DNA of 64,000 nucleotides. Source: Lingula anatina (Eukaryota > Animalia > Brachiopoda). The notes beneath the pieces were generated by a model. That model ran no database searches and had not been told where the DNA came from. It worked only from the letters and a program-made list of their open reading frames with translations. Where the stretch lies: positions 13,826,001 through 13,890,000 of the forward strand of contig CM120645.1 of NCBI GenBank assembly GCA_051362555.1. The letters run 5' to 3'. This document shows positions 51,901 through 64,000 of the stretch, piece after piece (position 1 is the stretch's first letter; each line of letters starts with the position of its first letter). Both the position numbers and the translations under genes were made by a program.

Positions 51901-53823
51901 ACTATTGTATTGAACCAAAAAGACTTAGTTTGGTATTTTGCTGAAAGAGTGATTGGCGATATTCTTGCAAACTTTACCTGTGATTCTTTCGCCAGTACCA
52001 GTGTTTTGTTATTCAGAATGAAGCGGCCAATGGAGAAAAAATTCACAATGAACAATATCACTATTGCTAAGACGCCAATAGCGGCCTGGTGGCCAGTTAG
52101 AGAGTCACAGTGGAAATGAGGCAGAAGAGAGCACGTGTTGACTTCCCCAACGACGAACGCGGCAATAGGTGTGGCAAGACTTAACGGGATGAAGAAAAGC
52201 GACAGATAAGTCTTGATATTGAACCTCCCAGCCACCGTTTTCTTAATGTCAAACCCAGCGTTGATGGAGTCTGCAAACCAAGTGAAGATGTAGCCCCCGA
52301 AGCTTGTCAAAATATTGAGAAGGAAGTATCCAAATGCCGGATGCGTTAGGAGGCGAAGATGGACGTACCACACGGGTCTCGTAAGGAACGTGAAATAAGA
52401 ATAGTTACCATATCTCACATAGCTAAAAAGCATAGGGAGGGTGAAGGTCAGTACCAGTTTCCAAAAGTTAGAAAGAATTCCCGCTTTCCATCTGACTAAC
52501 TTGTCTGGTTTCTGATGTCCAAATCTGTCACTCTCTCCGTTTCCCCCATGCACCCCAGACTTTATCAACTGTCTCTTTAGCATCCACGGCCACCATGCAA
52601 AAGTCAACAAAAAGCAAACAATGGGTAGAAGCCACGCGTCGGATGCCCTGTAGTGCGCTTCCATATCAATTTGTTGAAACACCGCTAACAGACACAGTCC
52701 CAAAATGTTGAGGACGACAAACACCATGTTGACGACCGTTTCCGCCTTGCTGCTGCATCCGACCCCGAATGCTGCGTCACTGCTACCAGAATCCTCCATC
52801 TTGTCGATTTTATCGTAGCGGAAACAGGAAAGTCTGAGGAGGAATGGTTCCACCGTTGCCCATATGTTTGGCCAGATGAACACTGTTGTTGACACGGCTA
52901 GGGCCGTGAAGGCTGACATCCAAGGAAAGAGAAGTAGCACAACCAGCCAAAGCCCAGTAACCTCAAAGACACTTGACACAAACCCCTGCAGAATGATAAA
53001 TAAGCGTTAGTGAAAATTAAGGCTTGATGTTTGCTTTTCAATCATATTATAAACAATAATTTGTAAATACAAAATATAGTAAAAGCGGCACCTACATTCA
53101 CTTTATTTCCTTAAGATATTGAACGCACGATTTAACTTTAGCTACGGGTGCGCAGTGAAATTAATGCTAAATACCTTAGTCGAGACATCAAAGTGCACTT
53201 GCCATCCATTGCATCTTTTATCAGTATGGATATGACATAAACTGCAAGCATCAAATACAAGAAAGAAGCAAGTAATAAATATATTAGTGTAAAGCAACAA
53301 AAAATCTCACCACAAGTATTGCTCCAACAGATGGCCAAGGTTTGCTTGAGTTCTTATCGCAGCCACAACTGAATCCTCCGACCCAGATACATCTAGCCAA
53401 AGAGAAGACGTACGGAATTCCCAAAAGTAACACCAGCATGAAAATCGTCACTTGTTGATACTCTGGCAGTTCCCCTGCCCCTGCTGTGTGGTTAGATGTA
53501 TCTCCAGCGTAAGGTTTGTAGAAAAACGTCAGTGGCGTTGCCACTTCGTCAACGTCGAGGAACGTGCCATTGACGTGGTCTCCTAGCGACTGTGCCACCG
53601 CAATGGCGGATATTTTGCTAGCGACGACGCAGAAAAGTACCGCTATCACCGTTAGGAAGGAGACAACTATCTTTGTGATGCGGTAGCATTTCTGTTCAGA
53701 ACCTTCTTCCCGTTGGATGCTGTCTCCATCTTCTGCAAATACGGCAGCTGCTTCCTCTGGTCTCTCGCTTACTGTAAGATTAAACCGTTTTCCAGGAAAA
53801 TTCCAAACTTGCTCGTAGGCCAT
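39956..53823 (-). CDS. CHS: Chitin synthase (GT2), 22 coding exons, ~1531 aa, tandem SAM-like domains in the C-terminal half, no myosin motor domain seen
   Basis: Exons 53823-53311, 52985-51978, 51594-51445, 51169-50989, 50432-50275, 49892-49778, 48980-48775, 48499-48332, 48023-47768, 47442-47327, 46953-46830, 46573-46463, 46147-46064, 45666-45588, 45218-45124, 44965-44736, 44240-44133, 43816-43684, 43298-43245, 42552-42403, 40885-40742, 40368-39956; sum 4596 nt, open frame. Motifs TTMYNE, KNKKRWSQIMY, ILATDADV, QVFDYAVGHW, CAPGCFSLYR, DMGEDRWLC, QRRRW, SWGTRE, EEDQFW, LRN, NPIG. Confidence 0.95.
41165..42227. mobile_element. Non-autonomous PIF/Harbinger-like element in a chitin synthase intron
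   Basis: ~33-bp TIRs ggccacacttttttatttttatggatgacatcct / aggatgtcatccataaaaataaaaaagtgtggcc; tta on both flanks. Confidence 0.8.
42664..43137. repeat. Overlapping intronic tandem duplications (periods ~103 bp and ~165 bp)
   Basis: cattttatcattgtgacgcgttaacctgtg at 42664 and 42767; cactccagatgaccatgaaga three times; ~150-bp identical block at ~42820-42971 and ~42985-43137. Confidence 0.9.
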
Positions 53824-54295
53824 TTCAACTCAACACGGAAAATCAGACGTGCAGAGAATATTTCCGAGTGGCAGTATAATACTCACTATGAAGTGTATGA
53901 TTTGATTTCGATGAACCACTCACAGGTAGATGATCTGTAGGTTATCTGTTGGTATTTAATATCATTCTTGTCTCGTGCATGTTCCATGATACCGATATCC
54001 TCCCTTCCCTTATCATCCCCAAACAGATAGAATTAACATTCAACGATAACGACCACAAACCATTCCAGTGTAGAAGTGATATAAAACAAATGCAAGGGGG
54101 GAGGGGGGTCTTTTGATTTGCACAGAGAAGGGAAAAGTAACAATACCTCGTATTGCGTATCTGCCTCAAATTATGAATAATATATAAACCTGCCTATAGA
54201 TTGTTTTCCATATGGACACTTGTATTAACTTTTGCTCAGATTTGATTGTGAATATGGAAAGTACATATTTCTCTTTTTATTATAAATTATCTCTA

Positions 54296-55681
54296 CACAC
54301 ACTGGACAAAAGAAGTGTCACCCCTACTGAGTCAATACTATGGGGGAGATAAATGACTGTGGAATGATATGCTCCTGGTATCATTTTATTAACATCAAAT
54401 TTCACAAAAAATCACAAAATGAGAACAAAATATACATTCTACCAAAATATGTAGTTTCAAGTCCAAAATTAGTACTTAGTGGCATAGCCACGTGACCTAA
54501 TAATAGGTGCCAGTCTACGAAGCAAGGATTCATTTAATTGTCTGATGCGTTCAGGGCTTATGCTGGCCCAAGCATGAAACACTGAATATAACAGAGTTTC
54601 TCTGCTGGTTAGACGGGCATTTGTAAAAAGTTTTGACATATCATTCCACACATTTTCTATTATGTTTGTATCCGGACTCTGGGCAGGCCACATCACCCTG
54701 CGAATGTCCTGTTGGTCAAACCAATCATCAACTGCTCTGGGCCTCTGACAAGGAGCATTGTCATCCTGGTGAACAGATGGATAATTCCTTTCACCAAACA
54801 TGTTAGTAATAGATGGTAGCAAGTCTGACTCCAAAACATCGATATATTTCTAGTGATTCATGTTTCCATTAACCACTATCAATTCGCCCAAGCCATAGAT
54901 GCTGATGCAGCCCCACACCATGATGAATATGCTGCTCCGTGTTCGAAAATTCAGTGCATGATGTTCAAATGCTTTACCAGCAGTTTGCCAGCATAGTACC
55001 CGTCTGTCATCAGAGGTCAGACCAAAGCGACACTCATCAGAAAAAATATATAGGACCAATTGTCATGAACTGTCCAGTTCCAGATCCTGTTGACCCTAGT
55101 TTACTCTACGTTGCCTGTTTTGTAACGATATAAGAGGTTTCAGTCTTGCTACCCTGCTGTACACTCTCTGAGCATGTAACCGACGCCTAGCAATTTTCAC
55201 AGACACATTCTTATGTGTGAAATTGTTCCACTGTGTTGTCAACTGACAAGCAGTGTCGAACTTTGACAACCTGGACATCAAAATCAGTCGTCGGTCTTCA
55301 CGGCCAGTATTTTTTCTTGGACGACCCATCAGAGGCAATTTGTCTCTTGATCCAGTGTTTCTATACCGAGACCAGACCCTCTGCACGGTTCTGACTGAAC
55401 AATTCAATTGTATCGATATTCTGACATTGCTTATATTCCGCCTCTTCGGGTTAATAACTTGCACCTATAACCGTTAGATAATTACCTGTATCTTGCCATA
55501 CTGGAGGAAGACAGGAATGACATTTGCTGTACATGCACAAGACCAACAATACAATTCCATGGTATAGCGGTTTTACACTCATTAGTCACATTATAAGTAG
55601 ACCAGGCATTATAAGTACCCAAGATCTGCCTACTTTCATTACTGTGAGTTAGGGGGTGACACTTCTTTTGTCCAGTGTGTG
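54296..55681 (-). mobile_element. Tc1/mariner transposon (DD34E), full length, transposase inactivated
   Basis: TIRs cacacactggacaaaagaagtgtcaccccct / agggggtgacacttcttttgtccagtgtgtg with TA on both flanks; 1386 bp. Confidence 0.95.
54469..55499 (-). pseudogene. Tc1 transposase pseudogene
   Basis: Fragments with HTH and GRPRK, IFSDECRF, MVWGCIS, QDDNAPC and WPAQSPDTNIIENVW (34 residues between D and E); premature stops at 55096 and 54850 plus frameshifts. Confidence 0.92.
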
Positions 55682-56289
55682 TATGTGAAATGTAAATAAT
55701 ACGGTTTAAATCTTCAACACAACTGAGATTTTTTATGGGCTCACAATGATAAAAGGCAGGCCAACCTCAGTGTGGCACTACATTCGGAATTATCTTATCA
55801 TCGATTTAGTAAATGGAAATGGAAACTGAAAGGCGCTGATAACATAAAATTACATTACGTAAAATTTTCTCTTAATTTTTTCTCAAAAGTGTTAAAAGAA
55901 AGCAATCAAACAAAATAGGGACAGGCACAAATAATTTTTAAGAATTAATATTAAAGCACACGATAGGGGAAAATGAAAACATCAAATTAGCCACCCAACT
56001 AATCTGTTCCCAGTCTTATCTGATCTACTCAGTGCTTCTCAGCAATATCATACAGATAAACTATTAAGATAACAGCGAGTGAGTTGCATTTAACTAATCC
56101 AAAGGCCTGAAACGGTGGGAACAATGGAAGGGCAAGCCCTTTTTATCTTGTCGTCATAGCTGTACCAAAATCTCTCCCCGATAACAATATTGAATTTCAC
56201 AGCTCAAATGGTTGACGAGAACGACGCGCTTTCAGCACATCTTTTAAAGGGGAAGCAGTTGTTAGAGGCCCTCCTGTAATGTAAGCGGC

Positions 56290-59200
56290 ATGGCTGCATC
56301 TCAAGGCTATAATCGTTTTGATCTAACTGTATCTGAAGGACTTTACCAGGATAATGGCGATAGTAAGACCAACCCGTCTCGAGGCGCTTTTGCTACCTGT
56401 GTCAGCATCACAAAATACATTGTGTCAATAATCGTGATGCTTTGCATCCTTTTCTGTCTTGTAAGTAGCAAAATAGCGGTCATCGCCATTGCGCAGAATT
56501 TCAACCCGAGCAGACCTGACACTATGAACCTTTCAGATCTTGCCGGCTCCGATAATTTCAACCTCACATCTCACAGTGCTCTGAGCGCAGAAAAACAGAT
56601 TTCGCTGTTAATGTTACTGATCATATTCATCGTACCTTACGGATTTTCTTTGCTCAGATGCTTTTGGGTTGGTGGGTTCAGCTGCACAATAGCCGGTAGC
56701 GGCAAGAAACCATGGCCATCGGGAACAGGAGTTTTACTGGTAAGCAAGCGGAATTTAAATGGTGCCAAAATAGTCATTTGGGCTTGACAAAGCACATAAA
56801 CGATACTGCAGAGATGGTTATATTGTACGTCCGAGTTAATACGGAATAATGAAGCGAAAAAATGTCTTTATGGTCAGTGTTGGACCTGTGATAAACAATA
56901 TTCTATACTTGTGTTTTTAGAAAAAAAAAATGATTCTCTTTTCCTTATAATGTCAGTATTTATCTTATTGTTCGAAAACGATCAACAACATATCTAAGCA
57001 TAGTAAGACATTTCTATGTTGATGAGACCCTATTCGTGTTTTAGGGCTTCCTGTCTAGTGCATTTGAAGTGACGGGCTTGTGGCTGTCATGCCTGATTCT
57101 GTTCCCGTACATAAACGGGTTTCTCTGCGTCCTAATATCAACAGGCGTGTTTGTGTGGCCCAACATATGGAACGCAATAGAACCGCTTTTAGCCAAGTGC
57201 CTCAAATCCAGGCAGATGCAAGAATACACACAGCGACTCCACTTGGACGACGACAATGACGGCACGGGAAGTATTGGGTTCACCATCTACAACATTGTGG
57301 TCGCCTTGGTGAGCGTTGTGGGCCTTATTCTTCTCAGCGTTGCTGATATTGCTGGCGAACTGGGAAGCAAAACCTGGGCTATTCCCATTTCAGTACTGCT
57401 GCTGTCTTTTGCCTGGTGGCCAACGCTACTGAAGCACCAGTTGCTGAGATCGGACCAGTACCAGGAGGACCCCGAGGACGCCCTAGGCCGCACCCGAGAC
57501 CGTTATGGACATAAAAAGCCGTACAAGCTTGTACGCTGGAAGTCTGGCATTCTGACCAGCTTGTGGAAGCTTGGGCTGACGCCTTTTATTTTGTGGGTCA
57601 CTGGGCGTGCTTACCTCAACACGGACGACTTCATTAAGCTGATGTGGGGGCAGAATGCCAAGGACACTGCTTTGCTCTTCAGAAACCACCCTTGCTTCCC
57701 GTATTTCCTTGTCAACGTGATAACAAGCTTCGCAGGGTATCTTTTCACGTGGTTTGCGGACGCCATTGACGCTGGATTCGACATCAAGCGTAAACTTTTT
57801 AGTGCCATCACGCTGGAGACGTATCTTTCCCTCTTCTTCATCCCTCTGGCACTGGCGACACCTATAGCTGCTCTTGTGGTGGGGGAGTACAGCATTTGTA
57901 GCGCACTTCTTGCTGACTTTGAATGCAGATCTCTCACGCCAGGGGAGTTAGGTTACGGCATCCCTGTTATCATTCTACTGTTTACTGTGAATTTGTTCTC
58001 TGTTGGCAGGTACATTTTTACCAACAAAACGCTTGTCCTGTCTAAAGAGTCGCAGGTGAGTCTTGTAAATGCATTTGTATAACAAGTAAAACATGCATAT
58101 GGTCTGAGACTATTCCTTCCATTTGTATAGTATAGGAAAAATCCTGAAATATATTCAGTATATTCACGTCAAACACACCATTGGTGCGTCTTTGGTCTTA
58201 CACATCGTTACCCACTTTAAATGTGTTTCATTTAAGTATAAACAGGTATAGTTCAGTGCTTCAACTACCTGGGTCACTCTTTGGCATTAATTCACAGTGG
58301 TAGTTGATAGATTAAATCTGATTTAGATCAACACAGCAATTTATTTTCTTCAGTTGTTTTGGATCCCATGCTACAATGGCGTGCTTTTGGAGCAGTGGCT
58401 GTGGCTGAACAGAAAGACATATAAAACTGACCCAGACACTGAAACTCCTGACAAGGCAAAACAAAGATGCACGGTTTACATGAATACTACCATGTACAAT
58501 GAGGTAGAGTACCGATTAGTGTTAAAACACGTCATATTGGGGTAAAGTAAGGAATCCATGAGATATGTAATTGACGTCATTTCGGCTCACAGTACCTATA
58601 ATTACTCAAAGAATAATAACTTTTACTGTTTGGAAAATGCACAGGAACGCATACTGTTTCATGAATATCTTATCAGGACCATGTCCTATAAATTCAGCTA
58701 TTTAATATACAAATGCTAAACTAGCACATCTTTGATTACCTCTGTGTACTTTTAGAAAACATTAGCTTTCATCAAATGATGGCTGCAAAGATAAGAAAAA
58801 AGATATTTATATGAAAATAATCGTCAGTATTCTATATTAAACTTTAAACTAGAGCGCGGAGGAAATGAGCCAACTTCTCGGGTCCATAAAAAACGTGCGA
58901 GACAACCGGAGCGAAACTTCTCCAAAGTTCCACTCGCACATATGGCTTGACGGTGCGTTCGACACCAAGAGAAAGGGAGACAACCTGGGCAGCAACGCGC
59001 TACGTCTTATTACTTTGCTGAAGGCAGTGTTTGGTGAGTTATTCGATACCTATTAGCTGTCATTTATTTTAGCTTATATATACTTACAATTAACGGATAT
59101 TCAGTTTAAAGTCAAAATGCACATTTAACAAAAAAGATCAAGATTATATAAGCAGGCCTCACACTTACTGATCCCCAGCTATTTCCCCAAGTACAAGTAA

Positions 59201-62132
59201 ACATCTGTTATTAGATTTACCAAAAGGTTATTTATTTTGCATCAGATATTGAACTTCGACACGAGTCGTACGAATTCCGCAAATCAAGAACCAGCTACGG
59301 GATGAGACTGTCTTGGCAGTTTCCCCTGTCGCCAGGCAAACAACAAAAGGTCAGGGAGTTGAAAAATGAAGACCCCAAGGACTACGTCATGAGCTTCACC
59401 GTTCACCTGAAAGATAACCGAAAGGTAGAATGAAAAAGGCTTGTACAGTCTGTATATATCATTAACGTGCTTGTCAGCATGTATATATTGTTGAAGTACA
59501 TGCCACCATGTTAAATGTACATATGCCCACTGTCCATGATTTACCCCCAACTAGAAAACATTCGGGAAACGTAATAGTAATTTAAAAAATCAAATAATTT
59601 CTTAAAGGCAAGTCCTATTTTTACAAATTTCTTTCTTGAGTTGGCATGTCTATCTTTTCCAGAGGGCATTATTCAACTTGTAAAAATTCTATGTAATTAT
59701 TAAAGTCCATGTACATGTATGTTTCCCCCTTCAGTGCGTACCCAAGTTGGCGTTTTCTGTATTCAAAAATTAGGTGAAGAACAAGAAACGGTGGAGTCAG
59801 ATCATGTACCTGTCTATGATCGTGGACTATCTGACTGGGAAGCCCAGACCAGGATCAAATAGCCCTGACGCCATGAAGAAATGGACACAAAGTAAGTAAC
59901 GGTAACGCACCTGCGCATACGATATCAAAAAGCAGTGTTAGTTAGAAATGTACCCATATTTTGAAAATCAATTTTGCATATTTCAAAAAAATGTTAATAA
60001 ACAATTCAACTACAGAACTTTTTGGTACTCCGACAACTTTCTTGATTCTACTTTATCTAGATAAAAGCTTCATGAAATGCTCTCTAAAATCTATCTATTT
60101 AATCGGTTATGATAAAAAAGTAAACAGATGAGTACAATAAAGGCGGGTAAATTAGAAGGAAATAACAGGTATCTTAAGCTTAAAAACGTGTATAAAACGT
60201 ATATAGTATAGAAGAGAACATAAGCGCCTCACTGTTACAAGGATGGAAGACATTGATTATTATATTTCCAGCCCTACAGGACACATTCATCTTGGCTACC
60301 GATGCTGACGTCAAATTCAACTGTGACTCAGTGGAGGCCCTGCTTGACGTCATGATTCGCGACGACAGCAAGCACGTGAGTGCAGTCTGTGGCAGAACAC
60401 AGCCACTGGGATCCAAAGTCCAACCTATCGTTTCTTATCAGGTCTTTGACTATGCCATTGGCCATTGGCTTCAGAAGGTAAGTATCATGGACGTAGTGTA
60501 CAAGTATATGCTCGATTTATATTGAGATACGCACAAAAGGGACACAATCTACACATGATTATTGTTTTTTTTTCCAAAAATTCTCGAGTACTATACCAAC
60601 TCTCTACGTTGGTATTCACTGTATAGACTCTACCGTATCGACCACTTCTTTCGAACCTTACTGCATAAACGTTCTTGGCATTTCTTTCTATCTATATATT
60701 TCAAAAACGCCTTTGTTGCAATATCATGACATATCATATAAGGTACGTAGTATACAATATCCCAAATTCAAAACATTCAAGTGTATATATATATATAATA
60801 GATCTTAACTGAATATGTCATCAGTGTGCCAACCACATGCTGGGCAGTGTACTGTGTGCCCCAGGGTGCTTCAGTCTGTACCGTACCTCGGTGCTCAGGA
60901 AAGTTGTAGCAGAATATGGAAGCAATACGAACGGTGGCTTTGAGTTTCTGTGCAAGGACATGGGAGAGGACAGATGGCTGTGCACACTTATGGTGGGTGT
61001 TTGAAAATTATTGCTAATATTTGTCATCCTAACCTCCCGTTGTAGAAATGAATGAATTTTGAGAAAGAGCAATTTAAGAAATATTTTGAAATATAATTTT
61101 TAAAATCTGCCTACAAAGATGTTGTCAATTTGATACCGTTGTATCAAGTAAATCCAAACTACGAGATGAAAAACCCTTCTATGAATGAATGTATAGGTCA
61201 AACAGGGCAACCATCTTGAATACACCGGCGCTGCCGAGGACAAAACTTTCTGCCCAGAAACATTCGAAGAGTTCTTCAAACAGAGGCGCCGCTGGATTGT
61301 CTCTACTATAGCCAACATGTGGTTGCTGCTCAGTGACTATGGCAGCATCTGCGCCAAGAATGAGAGGATATCTCGACCATTTATTCTGTACCAGGCGTTC
61401 CTAATGGTCTCCACTCTGATTGGGCCCGCTACTGTGATCCTGGTGGTGGCTGGTACGTTTTGGCTAAGTGAATTTTTCTGCTTATTTGTTTTTTTTTGTT
61501 TGTTTGTTTATTTTGTATCGTGATATTTATGCTGCATTCGATTGTTTTTTTGTATGTTTCAAAATCGTACAGAACAGCACACAAAAATACACCAATAGCT
61601 TATAACTGCTTATTTATTTATCTATTTGATTAACTGTTTATTTCTTCAATTTTAAAATTCAGTTAAAAATCATTACTAAAAATCGTAAAAATAACTCCTC
61701 AAAGGTTGGCCATTGAGTCAGAACAACTGTGAGCATATGTGTATCAAAGACACCTTTACGCTTCAGATTAATATATAACCAACCTACAGGCCCGATAAGC
61801 AAATCTCTCCCGAAAAAATTTTCTAAAATGTTCCACAATTATTCAAATGTTCTTCAACAATCCAGGCGGTTTGCAGTATAGTTATGGCGTCAACGACATA
61901 GCGCTGGCAATGGTCTTCGTAGCCATCTCTGTTTTCTACTTGGTGGTGTGTTTGTTTACTAAACACGATACTCAGATAATGGTAGGTTATGCTTTATATT
62001 GTTCTGCAACGTTAGCCCACGAGCTTTAGTTTCGATGGGTGTCGGCTTTTTCAGTTTCAACTCTGTATGTTGTGCACGTAAATATGGCAATAAGATTATA
62101 TATATATATTATATATATATAATCTTATTGCC

Positions 62133-62175
<43 letters not shown>

Positions 62176-63730
62176 CAAAAGTGGATATTTGGATATGACT
62201 GAGGTAGCCAGCCTCGGGTTTGAAACGTTTTAAGTTTTGTGACGTACGTACATGTTGCTGACGGCCGTGGGGATTTAGGTATAAATTGTATTGAGATATT
62301 TAATGTAGTATATTAGTTTGGGCTTGTCATGACGTGCGCCATCTAGTGAGCATGTAAGACAGAAGCACATGGTTCAGTAATAAAGTCAGTTGTGAAGATA
62401 TTACATTCACTTTACTCAAATACATAGAAAGATCATTTATTATTATTAGTAGTAGTAGTAGTAGTACTGTGTTTGTTATTTCGCTCCGCTTTGAAGCACG
62501 ATATTCGAGCGTGACAGTAACAGTTTGTCTGTCAATTAAAGTTTTGTCACTTTCAGTCACACCTGGTGCAATTATTGGTTTTATGCAAGAAAATGTTTAT
62601 TTTACGAGCATTCTTGTAACCATTTTCATCCTCGTGACATTTGCAGCTAGCCATAGTCCTCAGCGCGGCTTTTGCCCTGGTAATGGCAGCAGCCTTTATA
62701 GGCACCATACGCCAGCTGGTCAGCGAGTACGGCGACCTGGGCACCATCCTGGCCACGGAGACTGATAGTAAGTGGTCAGAGGCATTGACCAGGGCTTTAA
62801 GTGTAACGTTAGGGGGATAAATTAGTGCACAATATTTCTAGGAAACTAGATTCTAATATCTTCAAATTATGAAGAATAAATATAAAGCATAAGAGTAACA
62901 AAAAAAAAGTCGTTTAGATACTATGTGATCTGATTTCCATTGGTGCACTAGTCTGTTTTCTTATGTATTCTTTAATAAAAAATACTATTGTATATTTAAA
63001 GGGGCGCCATACGGGCAGTTATAATGTATATACATTTTCAAATATTTCACATGTACAAAAACGATTGTGGCGTCATTGTTTTAATGTTGTTCGGAATGAA
63101 GTCAGTAGCGACAGGCAAAGTTTGTCTTTTTCAGATCCCTGGGAGCTTCCCATACCTGTAAGCTCACTGTACATCACTGCAATCACCGGAATGTTTATTA
63201 TTACCGCCGCCCTCCACCCGACGGAATTCTTCGACGTAGTTCACGGTACGTCAAACCTGCAATGCCCATACGTTTACTTGGATTATAGACCACGCCTCAT
63301 TTGCCATATGGCAAATAATGTACATGAACGCGTTGCATATCAAAAGCATTTCGTAGGTATTATTGTTTATGATTCATTAAAGATGCATTTGAATAATAGC
63401 TAAAATATTGTAAAAAATAAATTAGTAATGCAAAAGGTGATTTAACAGACGAAAGTGCAGAGCGATATGAATTAATGCTGAATAATCATTGCATTTCAGG
63501 TTTAACATATTTGTTTTTCCTACCCGCTGGATATCTTTTCCTTACAATATACAGTATATGTAATATAACGGACCAGTCTTGGGGTGAGTAGTACATTAAG
63601 GGCATATTTTACAAATTAATAATGACGAAAAGGGTTCGAAGTACTTTATATTGAACACCGTTTACGTACTCCGATTTATTTTCCAAATATTCAATTTTTG
63701 TTATACTTAGTTTTCCAATCCACCTTCCTC

Positions 63731-63779
<49 letters not shown>

Positions 63780-63886
63780 AGTTTAATCCCTTCTTTATCT
63801 CTCCCAGGCACACGTGAGGGTAAAAAAGCGGGACCTGGTGGGGGGTCCACTTGGGAAAGCATCATGGCGTTCTTCAAATCTTGCTG
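56290..63886 (+). CDS. CHS: Second chitin synthase paralogue; first 14 coding exons, continues past the window end
   Basis: Exons 56290-56739, 57045-58055, 58354-58503, 58853-59033, 59246-59424, 59774-59891, 60272-60477, 60825-60992, 61197-61452, 61866-61981, 62647-62767, 63135-63245, 63500-63583, 63808-63886. Motifs KNKKRWSQIMY, ILATDADV, DMGEDRWLCTL, QRRRW, SWGTRE; intron phases identical to the minus-strand copy. Confidence 0.95.
62082..62136. repeat. 55-bp AT-rich palindrome
   Basis: atatggcaataagattata...(TA)n...tataatcttattgccatat. Confidence 0.8.
63731..63778. repeat. (TAT)n microsatellite; other (GT)n, (GA)n or poly-G/T tracts lie near 6644, 12367, 12629, 21572, 22887, 23724, 26668, 28741, 29348, 30443 and 38806
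   Basis: Direct reading of simple repeats. Confidence 0.95.
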
Positions 63887-64000
63887 GTGAGTCAACTTGG
63901 CATTTGGGATATTTTTCTTACACGGTTAAGTTGTATGTTATATGGTTTAAAGTATCTTTGTTGGGCCAAACAGATTTCACCTACTATTGAAAAGTGGGGA

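Noticed and set aside
54469-55464. Active or domesticated transposase
   Set aside because: Several premature stops and frameshifts.
53823-56290. Upstream exons encoding a myosin motor domain for either chitin synthase
   Set aside because: The spacer is short and mostly Tc1; no myosin-like coding sequence seen.

Overview
Eukaryotic, AT-rich invertebrate genomic DNA with spliceosomal introns, many microsatellites and MITEs; a lophotrochozoan origin is plausible but inferred. Five protein-coding genes were reconstructed by hand across GT-AG junctions: (1) a minus-strand gene (353-4950) with an unusual CIDE-N-like domain + RHIM-like motif + ~18 ankyrin repeats, an uncharacterised inserted domain and one frameshift near 2999; (2) a 14-finger zinc-finger gene (10514-~21048, minus); (3) a single-exon GT31 beta-1,3-galactosyltransferase-family CDS (35521-36813); (4, 5) two paralogous chitin synthases arranged head-to-head (39956-53823 minus, complete, with tandem SAM-like domains; 56290->64000 plus, running off the window), separated by a decayed Tc1 element. 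Also present: tRNA-Thr(AGT), several MITE/DNA-transposon remnants and a three-level nested insertion with a Helentron-like element at its core. The best candidate for an undescribed system is the CIDE-N/RHIM/ankyrin gene, a possible cell-death or innate-immune adaptor. Domain calls are by eye and need HMM or structure confirmation.
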